Shown piece after piece: positions 53,319-64,000 of a stretch of DNA of 64,000 nt. The stretch spans positions 22,320,001 through 22,384,000 of the forward strand of contig NC_043007.1 of the NCBI RefSeq assembly GCF_006345805.1, in the 5' to 3' direction. A model generated the notes under the pieces. The model did not search any database. It was given only the letters and a program-made list of their open reading frames with translations, and was not told the DNA's origin. The stretch comes from Octopus sinensis (Eukaryota). The position numbers and the translations under genes are program-made. The number at the start of each line of letters is the position of its first letter. Position 1 is the stretch's first letter.

Positions 53319-53452
53319 ATGTCTGTGAAACCACCTTCACCGCAACAAGTGGTCATATACAATGAAATTCCTCCTCCCAAAGAACCCGTCGCTAGTGGGA
53401 CCCTTCCTAAAGCCTCCGACGTCGTGGAATCGTTGCGAAGTGCTTTCTCCAG
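53319..53452 (+). CDS. First coding exon of a divergent gene, tentatively an ALDH3-family aldehyde dehydrogenase (MSVKPPSPQQVVIYNEIPPPKEPVASGTLPKASDVVESLRSAFS-)
   Basis: aacaATG start, open frame, consensus donor AG|gtgagt. DVVESLRSAFS resembles the ALDH3 N-terminal helix preceding (S)GRTRP (e.g. AVKRARAAFSSGRTRP). Only about 12 residues of similarity; no downstream exon found. Confidence 0.55.
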
Positions 53453-54556
53453 GTGAGTACAATAGAAAGCTATTTACCAAACAGCCTATCACTATAAAAA
53501 TATATTATATATTTGTTTTTTTTCAACTCACATACTCCGTACCACATACATTGACCCAGCGTGAGAGATTCTATGTGGGCGTTCGACCTCCTAGAAATAG
53601 CAAGTCAAATCGCACCCTTTCATAAAAAAAAAGGGACACGTTAGATAATGCAGTTTGGGGTTCCTTACAACCCGGGGAAAGACGGTATGGAGACAACTGG
53701 AATACCTTTTAAACCCCGTTCGATCAAGTATGACTGGGATCTAAACAGCTGCCCCAAATTCACGTACATGCACCTATAAAGAGCTGTCAAAGTAGTCCTA
53801 GGTAAAACCCCACCGTTTAACGGCGAATGTTTCCTTGTCCTGCAGTAAGAACTTCACATTTCCCTGTATTGCTTAAAGTCATTAGATTTTCATACAGCAA
53901 CTGCCTCTCCCACCACTTTTAAACCCTTTATTTCAACGATCAAAACACTATTCTTTTATCTAGTTATTTATATTTATAATATATTTAATAATTAATTGAA
54001 TGATGTCTCCTCTGCAAATGTGCTCCCAAAATAGCCAGACAACATCGCTTTTTTTTTTTGCCACAATATTTTCCCCATAAATAAATTAGAGTAAATTTAA
54101 GTAGATTCAATGAGATTGTACCAGTGTCCAGGCCTTAAAAAATAAACGAAAAGTAAATACGAGTGGGAAAATTTTAACCTGACACTTTTGACGAGATAAC
54201 TGAGTTGATCGTTTTTATGGGCACCTATCCTTTAGAGAGTAAGCAAGCGTTAAGGTCCTAAATCTGTATTTCATTCAATGAAAACCTGAATGTATTATTC
54301 TCTTTTACGACACACACACACGCATCACAAGATGAGTGGTGACAGTGACTTCGAAATTTCGGCCTGTTGGCCTTCGACCAATGAAGGTTTATCCTGGAAT
54401 GGAATGGTGTCTGTTTACAGTTGATATATATATATATATATATAATTTTAAAATAGGATAAAATCTTCATAAGAATTTGTCAAGTAGTCAGTGTGAAAAA
54501 CCTCATAAGAGAAAAAACCCATCAAATTTTTCTTTTAATTTAATTTATTTATATTA

Positions 54557-54770
54557 GAGGGCGCTATTACACATAGATGCCACACGCTGGGAGGGACTCT
54601 TAAAGTCAAAACTACTAAAATAAATAAACACGTCGTGATATGTGGGTAAAATCCGGTTTTTAAATGATCTGCTTCGAGAATTGTTTCGGTACGATGTGGT
54701 TATTTATTTTAGTAGTTTTGACTTTAAGAGTTCCTCCCAGCGTGCGGCATCTATGTGTAATAATGCCCTC
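54557..54770. mobile_element. MITE with ~65-bp TIRs (gagggc...gccctc), TA-flanked
   Basis: Clear inverted arms; TA on both sides. Confidence 0.75.
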
Positions 54771-57700
54771 TATATAATATATATATATGAGAGAGAGTGA
54801 GAGATATCACATGCAAAACGCATATTGAGTAATGTGACATCGGTAATATTTACATTATTAGAGTCTCTTTTAACTACTTTAATTGGTATATTACCAAGTG
54901 TATACCCAAGGTTTAAACAACTACTTATATATAATGTATGGATATATATGTCGCCAAACAGCTCTTGTTAAAATGAATCTTTGATACAGCAAATATTCTT
55001 GAAGATACAGCAAATATTCAAAACCCGCTAAAAATTTGTTGCCCAACACTTTAAAAGCCCGTATTTTCAAGAAAACTTTCATTTATTTCCTTTTCCCGCA
55101 TTAAATTCTCTGACTGATACCTCATGGCTAAAGCTCTACTGTTACTGTATAATATTTCCTTTTAAAAATGTTCGCAATTTCGTCACTATTGGAGAACCTG
55201 ATATGTGTAAATATTTGCTCAGTCGTTTTAAATTGCGTTAAACTTGTGTGTACACATTAGCTACTTAGCGTGTGTGTGTGTGTGTGTGCAGCTATAGAAT
55301 TTCGTCTAAAAATGGTTATACAAAGAAACAGAAAAATAATTTTTTGTTTTGTTTTAACTGGTTATAATTGTATCTGATATATAATATCGTGTGTGTGTGT
55401 AGTAGACTACTTGCTGTATTTAAATTAACTTAATTACTAGCAGCCCAGGATAATTAAAAAGAATAATTTTTTAAAATATTCTTTAACTCCAGGCCATTCC
55501 TGATCCAGGAGAGCTATGAACAAAGACATTCCAGACGTGACTAACACACACACATATACACATACACACATTCTTATTGTATTTAGAATCTTTACCAAAT
55601 GAAGGCTACCTCTTAGAGGCGATACGGTGTTGTTTGAGGGAGGTTTGACTACCATTTTGGTTGAGTGACCACGGATGTTTGATTATACTGGAGTTTTTCG
55701 GAAAGAAACTTAGAAAGAAAAAGAAAGAAGATGGTTCCAGATTCAGTCCCATTCCTTGTTCAGGAATATCGTTTGAACCATGATTGGAAAAGACACAGAT
55801 CTATACTGTTTTAAACAAACATTTGTATAAATTTGTGTGTGTGCCTAAGAAAACGCACACACATTATCACTGAGGTACATACTCTCTTATACTTGTTTGT
55901 CATTTGACTGCGGCCATGCTGGAGCACTGCCTTTAGTCGAGCAAATCGACCCCAGGACTATTCTTTGTAAGCCTATTACTTATTCTGTCGGTCTCTTTTG
56001 CCGAACCGCTAAGTGACGGGAACATAAACACACCAGCATCGGTTTTCAAGCGATGTTGGAGGGGGTACAAACACTGACACACAAACACACACACACATAT
56101 ATATCACCGTGACCGACCAGGCTATCAGATGTTGCTACACATCGCTGGTCACAATGCGCTTCGCATTGTTTTAGCCTTCAAATGACGCCACCCCACTGGC
56201 TAAGTGAGCAGGCCAACACACACACACATATATATATATGATGGGCTTCTTTCAGTTTCCATCAATCAAATCCACTCACAAGGCTTTGGTCGGCCCAAGG
56301 CTATAGTAAAAGACACTTGCCCAAGGTGCCACACAGTGGGAAAGAACCGGGAACCATGTGGCTGGTAAGCAAGCTACTTGCCACTCCTGCGCCTGGATCA
56401 GGGAGATACTCTCAATGTAATGTTGCTATTCTGAAGAAGGCCTGTTGGTTGGTGAGGCTATTTTGGGGGCACTGATGTGGAGTGTAAGCTGAAAAGGTCC
56501 TAAAGGCATACTGTTTATGTCTATGGTCTCATGCCCAATCCTTATCAATACTTCCCCCCCCCCCCCCCGCCCCATCCTATGTCCCTAACACCCATCCCTC
56601 CATCACTTTACAACCATTCGCTCAGATGCTGTAATTACATGCGAGCAGAACTGCACATATTTCATCCCCTTTTGTGTTACCATCCACCCCTTTGTCACCC
56701 ATCCTGCATTCTTATCATCATCCCTTCCCACTTTATGTTGCATTGAATGCCCCTTTTTTCTGCACTACATCCTCATGACAGTTGTACCACATACTTAACA
56801 CCACTTCCCCCACTTTTTTCATATCTGTTATCAATCTCAACACATTCCTACCATCTTTGTCTGTTACTATACCCACCCCTGCATACCTCTGACCTCCATC
56901 TATGTCACTGTGTATCCCTCTCTTCCCATCATTTCACATCTTTTTATTCCTTTCTATCTACTGTTTTATTTATACTGCTCTTCTCCCCTACACTTTTTTG
57001 TACTGCTACCTCCTCTCTGCCTCCTCTTCCCTGACCTACTCCTATTCCTCCACCCTCCAAATTTATATTCACTGTTGACCATACCACCACCTTGGTTCCC
57101 CATTCACCTCTGTCCCCGTCTCTGATTACCTGTCATTCTCTTTTCACATTCCTGAAAACTTATCCACCCTCCCTTCACACTTCATATTCTCTCTTATATT
57201 CACCTTGTACTTTGAAGTTATGCCCTGACACCTTGTCACCACCATCTTTTTCTCTTTTTACCATTAAGACTATTCTGCAGAGACCTGAATAAGTGGAAAT
57301 CCGGAGGAGCAATATCTGGTGAATATGGAGGGTGGGGTAACACATCCCAGCCGAGCTGCAGCAATTTTTGTCTGGCTCCCAAAGCATCAAGTGCCGAAAA
57401 TGAACCTTCATATCTTCCATTTTAAAGGGTTACAGAATTAAGACAGGTTATAGGAACATAAACCTTCTTCCACGAAAAGATAGCTTAAACTGTGCTCTAA
57501 ATGGAGGTGTAGTCAAATCCTATTTTATGGACTCAACCATGTTCTAAAATAAGTTGAAAGGGTAAGGCTACTATAAATCGGCACGAACTTTCCGGACAAC
57601 CCAATACATAATATAAAAATTCCCCATCTCAAAAATATAGAAGTGTTGTTTTCCAGATTGTTGATGGAAGAGAGAACTACAGTGAAGGTGTTGAACAAAT

Positions 57701-58000
57701 GGTGGCTGGTAATTATGGAGATGATGGAACTAAACTGACAGATGAAATTACTATTTTGCTATTAGTATTTCTATTTTTTTTTCTATAGCTTTGTATACTA
57801 TATTGCTCTGTCATTTAAGTGGAGGCTAATGAGAATTAATTAATCAAACTTGTCTGTTAATGTCACGCTCAGCAAAGTCTTGTGTAATGAGTCATAAGCA
57901 TCCCAAGTGACAATAAATACCGAGAACAAAGTTTTTTAAAACCCATATAAATAACAAATTAGCTATTTCAGAAAAAAAACTACTGAAAATAAAGGTGAAG

Positions 58001-58134
58001 TATATTTGCCACTTCAATGTGGCTAACCACTAAAGATGGATGTTAATGTAGCTTGTAACCCCAGGAGATCCTGGGGCTACAAGCTACAGTAGCATCCACC
58101 CTTAGTGACTAGCCACATTTAAGTGGCAAATATA
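58001..58134. repeat. Imperfect ~134-bp palindrome centred on ccagg-agat-cctgg
   Basis: ~65-bp arms with several mismatches; arm sequence also at 45568-45630 and inside the Helitron at about 63760-63812. Confidence 0.75.
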
Positions 58135-58610
58135 ATAATAATAATAATAATGAAATTATTGTATACAGTGCTCATGTGCACCACAACTTGTCAAATGTGC
58201 ATATAAAGCATATGCAGTAATGTACAAATGTCTGGGAAGTGAACAGTGTATGAGTCAGATAGATGCTTGTGTGTGTATGGAGGGGAGAAAATCAGGTGTA
58301 GTGTTGGCGAACCGCAGGAAGCATGGAAATTTTGAAGGATGCAGTGCTCCGACAACTAACAACTGATGCTGGCAGTTTGTTCCATGCTTCAGCAACTCTC
58401 AGCGTGAAAAAATGTTTCCGAAAGTCATGGGAGCTGTGCTGTTTTCTGACTTTGTAAACATGTCCACGGGTGTTAGATAGGTGGAGTTTGAAAAGGTGCT
58501 CATGGTTAATAATTTTATGTCTACCAAGTCAGCTGCCAGACGTCGGAGTTTCAATATATCTATGCGCAGGGAAGTAAGGCATTCAGAATAGGTTCTAGGT
58601 TCAATCTCAC
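58135..58610 (-). mobile_element. CR1-type LINE 3' fragment
   Basis: Same family as 30596-31130 ([22 protein letters not shown]). Confidence 0.85.
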
Positions 58611-59409
58611 TGCATGTCACCGAGTGTGTCCTTTAACATGGTTTTCCGTTGATCCAAGCCTTGTCAGTGAAATTGTGTAGATGGAAAGTGCTCAAAAGCC
58701 CACTAGACTGGTTGTAATATGTAAGTGTAAGGTCCAGCCTTGTCATAATGTATCATGTTTTTTCTGCTTGAGAATTATTTTAAGGGTACATATGTTTCAA
58801 TCTTTCATCTTTTGCTGATTTCAATCATTGGAGGTTTTACCTGATCGACTTGATCCATCATCATTATCATCATCGTTCAACATCTGCTTTCCATGCTAGC
58901 ATGGGTTGGACGTATGACTGAGGGCTGGTGAACCAGATGGCTGCACCAGGCTTCAATCTTGATCTGGCAGAGTTTCTACAGCTGGGTGCCCTTCCTAACG
59001 TCAACCACTCCGAGAGTGTAGTGGGTGCTTTTTATGTGCCACCGGCACAGGAGCCAGTTAGCTGCTCTGGCGCCGATCACGCTCGGATGGTGCTTTTGGC
59101 ACCCTACTAGCACGGGCACAAGTGCCAGTAAGGCGACGCTGGTAACGATCATACTCGAATGGTGCCTTTTATGTGCCACTGGCATGGAAGCTGGTTAGCC
59201 ACTCTGTCAACGATCACACTCGTATGGTGCTCTTTGCAAACCGCTATTTTTGAAAGTGGCTGTGTGGTAAGTAGCTTGCTAACCAACCATATTGTTCCGG
59301 GTTCAGTCCCACTGCGTGGCATCTTGGGCAAGTGTCTTCTGCTATAGTCCCGGGCCGACCCATGCCTTGTGAGTGGATTTGGTTAACGGAAACTGAAAGA
59401 AGCCTGTCG

Positions 59410-59448
<39 letters not shown>

Positions 59449-60593
59449 ATATGTTTGTGTGCCTGTGTTTGTCTCCCTAGCATTGCTTGACAACCGATGC
59501 TGGTGTGTTTACGTCTCCGTCACTTAGCGGTTCGGCAAAAGAAACCGATAGAATAAGTACTGGGCTTACAAAGAATAAGTCCCAGGGTCAATTTGCTCAA
59601 TTAAAGGCAGTGCTCCAGCATGGCCGCGGTCAAATGACTGAAACAAGTAAAAGAGAGAAAGAGAGAGTTATATTAGACACTTTTGTTCATGACTTAAACT
59701 AAATCTAGATGCAAATTATCTAAGCAAAATATTTCTCAGTGAAATATTTGCAATTCATCTCATTAACATTTTTTTTTTTACTATGTCTGCAAGTGATATC
59801 TTTAGATCTAAGGCTTCCTATATGATATATTTAGATTATAAAACTCTTTATTTTCAAATGTCTGCTGCAATTGTTATTAAGGCAATGCGCTGGCAGAATC
59901 ATTAACACATTGGGCAAAATGCTAAGTGGCTTTTTTTCTGGTTCTTTACATTCTGAGTTCAAATCCATGGTCGACTTTGCTTTCATCCTTTCAGGTTATA
60001 AAACAAGTACCAGTTGAGTACTGGGGTCACTGTAATCAGTGTAGCTCCCTTCCCCAAAATTTTAGGCTTTGTGTTTATAGTAGAAAGGATGATTATTATT
60101 ATCACGAAGTCATGTATTGTATCGCCTGTTCCATTTTAGTTTTCTCAATCCATTGGAGTTTCTGTGGTTGCTCAACCTGCTAGAAATAGCAACCAAATAA
60201 CCCCCTCAGATTACATCTTGTTTTAAATAAGGGAAGGACATATTAGATAATGAAGTCATTCGTGGATAGTTGTCTGTCATTTGACAATGAGGATTCAGTT
60301 GTTCCATTTGCTAAATTCACTCCCAAGGCATTGGTTGGCCCAAGGCTACAGTAGAAGACAATTAAGGAACTGTGCAGTGGGACTGAACTCAAAATCATAT
60401 GAATGCAAAGTGAGCTTCTTAACTTGGTTATTTCCACAGTAATTCAATGAAGAATATTTCAAGTTCGTACCAGCCATATCTGGCCTCTCACACCTACCCT
60501 ACAATGTCATTCTAAACGTAAACAGCCACATCATTTGAAACCTTGAAGCTACAAGATAATACACGATTAACTCAAAACCGTGTGAATAAATAA

Positions 60594-61017
60594 GGGATCT
60601 TTTCGGTTTGAACGGCAGTTTTTTCTAGGGTGTCATATGAAATTGTCACCCATAATTATGACCCTAGTATCGATCTATTGCATTTCAATCTGTGTTAGGG
60701 TTAGGGGTGGGGGGAAGGGTATCTTTTTTTCTTCAGAAATGTAAATAAACCCAATCTGTTTCTTAAACGAGGGACATATTCATACGGCACAGAATGCTTA
60801 TTTTTACCTCAATAGACGTCAGTGATTGGTTGAAATTGCAGAAATTGAAGAAAAAAAAAAAACAACAACAAATATCTTACAAACTATAGAATTTTCTCAA
60901 TAAAGCCAAGAGAAAAAGATGTTTTATAAACACATTCTACCAGTATACGAAGTTTAAAAGTGTTTAGTTACCTGGAAATTATTTTTTAAAAACTGCCGTT
61001 CAAACCAAAAAGATCCT
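60594..61017. mobile_element. Same MITE family (opposite orientation), 6-bp TSD aaataa, nested in a TTAA-type MITE
   Basis: TIRs match; flanks aaataa/aaataa; host element resumes with gcattgcatttaatagaat. Confidence 0.92.
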
Positions 61018-61834
61018 AAATAAGCATTGCATTTAATAGAATAATTTGAATGCTAAAGGATTAAGGAAAGTGTGTGTGTGTGTAGGTAGCTAGCTATGTG
61101 ATGAAAAGCTGGTGGTAAGTAGACAAGAAGACAAGCAACTTTATAGAGCTTAATCATTCTGAAATGCCCCCTAACAGGCAACAGATAAACAGATTATTTT
61201 GGCCCCCAGTTATACCTTATTTCTTTGTTATACAAATGCTCCTTGCTGTACTATTTATTTTGATATCTAAGCCCTTGTCTTTGTCAACTATTTACCCCAC
61301 AGCGAATACTAATTCCCTGTATAAGTTGCTGTTTTTTACTTGTTTCAGTCATTAGATTGTGGCCATACTGGGGTACCACACTGAAGAATTTTCTGTTGAA
61401 CACATCAACCCCAGTACTTATGTCCTCAGCTTGGTACTTATTCTATCAGTTTCTTTTGCTAAACCATTAAGTTACCAGGATGTAAACGCTGACACTTTTT
61501 GTCAAGTGGTGGTGAGGACAAATACACACACACACATACATGGACTTCTTTCAGTTTCCATCTATCATATCCAGTCACAAGGCTTTGGTCACCCCAAGGC
61601 TATAGTAGAAGACACTTGCCCTAGGTGCTATGCAGTGGGACTGAACCCATGATAGATCAGTAGCCACTACACACATTTTTTTTCTCTCCTTGTTTTTTTT
61701 TCTGTGTCCCTTTCTGTAGAAGAGTGTAGGCTCGAAACGTAAAAGACTTTTTCAATTCCTGAGCATTATACTAATACATCTGTTTGTTTTCTACATCACC
61801 TGTCTTCATCTTTTGTTTTTTTCTTGAACTCTCC

Positions 61835-61896
<62 letters not shown>

Positions 61897-63099
61897 TATA
61901 TATACATACATTACTAGTTCCTTTATATATTAATATATTTTATATGTAAAGCATTATATGTTATACATGGATGTATATTCTTGTAATTGTCATTTTAGTA
62001 AATAAATAAATAAGTTGACATAATATAATGTCTCAAAGTTGATGAACCACCTATTGGTCCACTCCATTTTCTTATTGCTCTCTATATACATGTACATATT
62101 TACCTAGTTATACACACACATGTGTGTGCATGATGAGCTTCTTTTAGTTTCCATCTACCATATTCACTCACAAGGCTTTGGTCGGCCTGAGGCTTTAGAA
62201 GAAACCACTTTCCATGTTCCCGCAGTGTGGGACTGAACCCAGGACCATGTGGTTGGGAAGCAAACTTTTTACCACATACTCTTTTACTTGTTTCAGCCAT
62301 GTGACTGTGGCCATGCTGAAGCACCGCCTTTAGTCGAGCAAATCGACCCCGGGACTTATTCTTTGTAAGCCCAGTACTTATTCTATCGATCTCTTTTGCC
62401 GAACCGCTAAGTGACGGGGACGTAAACACACCAGCATCGGTTGTCAAGCAATGCTAGGGGGACAAACACAGACACACAAACATATACACACACACTTATA
62501 TATATATATATATATACATATATACGACAGGCTTCTTTTAGTTTCCGTCTACCAAATCCACTCACAAGGCTTTGGTCGGCCCGGGGCTATAGCAGGAGAC
62601 ACTTGCCCAAGATGCCACGCAGTGGGACTGAACCCGGAACCATGTGGTTGGTTAGCAAGCTACTTACCACACAGCCACTCCTGCGCCTATAGGTATTTTT
62701 TTTTTTGTTTTAGTTGTAGGGTGGAGTTTCAAAATGTAAACTGATTGCAGTTCCTTCTATTTAATCTGCTTCTTTGGTAATTTCAGTATATTTTTGTTTT
62801 TTCTTGTATCAGATAGGAATTTGAAATATTCTTTAATTTTTCTGGAAACTAGATAACATATCAGAATGTAATCATATATCTGTTGTGAATTTTTCTGCTA
62901 AATTCACAAAAGAAAACTTCTGTCTTGTATGCATTTGATAAATTTGCTTCTTATAAATAAATGTTTCTTGTAAATTCTTGCATAAAACGCATTAGAATTT
63001 TCACACAAGAATTTTGTCACACCATTGCATTTCATAAGCCTTGTGTGTTGCAAAGTAAATTATCTCAGAAAGTTATGTGATGCAGTGAGAGATAACCAT

Positions 63100-63510
63100 G
63101 TTCTCTGGTATATTCAATCAGATGAAATTTACTTGTGGCAACATTCACCCTGGGCGGGTTGAGTCAGCTTCTTCTACTCATGGAAGAAGTTTTGTGGGAA
63201 TATGTGGATTTCACAAGCGATCCCCAACAATCCTGCATGTGGAGACATCCTGTTTGCCGCAGATTGTCCGCAGACGCAGGGACAGAACGACCGAGGAGCT
63301 GCTGGTTGCCAAAGCAGACACTCCGAGGATTTTTCACCAGAGCCCCGTCTGCCGGGTTGTGGCCCTAATACCACTCGGTGTCAGACCAATCCACCTTGAG
63401 TGGCCCTACCAGGAACCAAAGTTCCCGACGGCATAGCTCTGACACTACCCGTTGCCAGCATCCCCACCACGGTGAGGAGGGGATGGACTTTGGGGACGCA
63501 GGAGGGGATG
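63100..63510 (-). mobile_element. Probable 5' region of an RTE-type LINE
   Basis: GC-rich segment; minus-strand gagctatgccgtcggg...cctggtagggccac resembles recalled RTE 5' leaders. Confidence 0.45.
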
Positions 63511-63682
63511 GACTTTGGGGAATTTATGTAAAGCACAAAAAAAGTTGCTTACCTTCTTTCTACTAAACTTGGTGTTACTATAACCAGTGTGTGTGTACTT
63601 GTATTTGTGATGACTTTATTTTATTGAACCCTTATATGTCGTTCACGACAAGAGAACCCATCAATATATATATATATATATA

Positions 63683-64000
63683 CTAGCAGTATCGCCCGGC
63701 GTTGCTCGGGTTTGTAAGGGAAATAACTATATAAGCATTTTTAGAGATGTAAAGTATAATAGCCATCTCAATATGGCTAACCACAAAGGGGGGGGGTGTT
63801 ACTGTAGCTTTTTACGTTCTGAGATTTAATAATACATTTTTAGAGAGTTACTTCCCTTATATATGCCAAAAATGCATTAAAAATGTGAAAAATTGATGGT
63901 AAATTTTTTTTTAAATCGTAGACTCGCGCTAATACCCAGAAGGGCTCGATATGAATCACGACTATAAGATACTCGGTTTTGGTTAAACTGCACCGCAAAA
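63683..64000 (-). mobile_element. Non-autonomous Helitron, 3' end (runs off the window)
   Basis: Minus-strand hairpin CCCGAGCAACGCCGGG (63710-63695), then 8 nt and a CTAG terminus (63686-63683) followed by T; inserted in (TA)n. Confidence 0.8.

Noticed and set aside
55437-55530. Minus-strand peptide SLFIALLDQEWPGVKEYFKKL, reminiscent of GNAT C-termini
   Set aside because: Too short, preceded by (GT)n, with no supporting exons; likely chance.
56531-57292. Pro/Leu/Ser/His-rich ORFs
   Set aside because: Pyrimidine-rich low-complexity sequence next to a degenerate LINE fragment (57290-57420).

Overview
AT-rich, repeat-dominated animal genomic DNA. The tRNA-derived SINE families, RTE/CR1 LINE remnants, TTAA-flanked MITEs and huge (AT)n/(AAT)n microsatellites resemble an octopus (cephalopod) genome; that assignment is an inference from recognised repeat style. 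Almost all ORFs in the supplied track are microsatellite or repeat artefacts. One complete protein-coding gene can be assembled by hand on the minus strand: TBC1D7, with 6 coding exons (52156..51961, 33971..33787, 31985..31845, 29278..29133, 27000..26871, 23165..23097), all GT-AG introns, compatible phases and 288 aa. About 1.16 kb upstream, a divergent plus-strand first exon (53319..53452) resembles the N-terminus of an ALDH3-type aldehyde dehydrogenase; no further exons were found in the window. A weaker, unidentified spliced gene candidate lies downstream on the minus strand (16641..16584 plus 15137..15100). The rest is mobile DNA and its derivatives: a MITE family with 6-bp TSDs and internal telomere-like repeats, a satellite built from a hAT MITE, decayed minimal hammerhead-ribozyme motifs, a Helitron 3' end, and SINEs with a long flanking duplication or a co-copied flank. 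I found no evidence for a clearly new biological system; the best leads are listed with tests. All alignments were done by eye and repeat boundaries are approximate.
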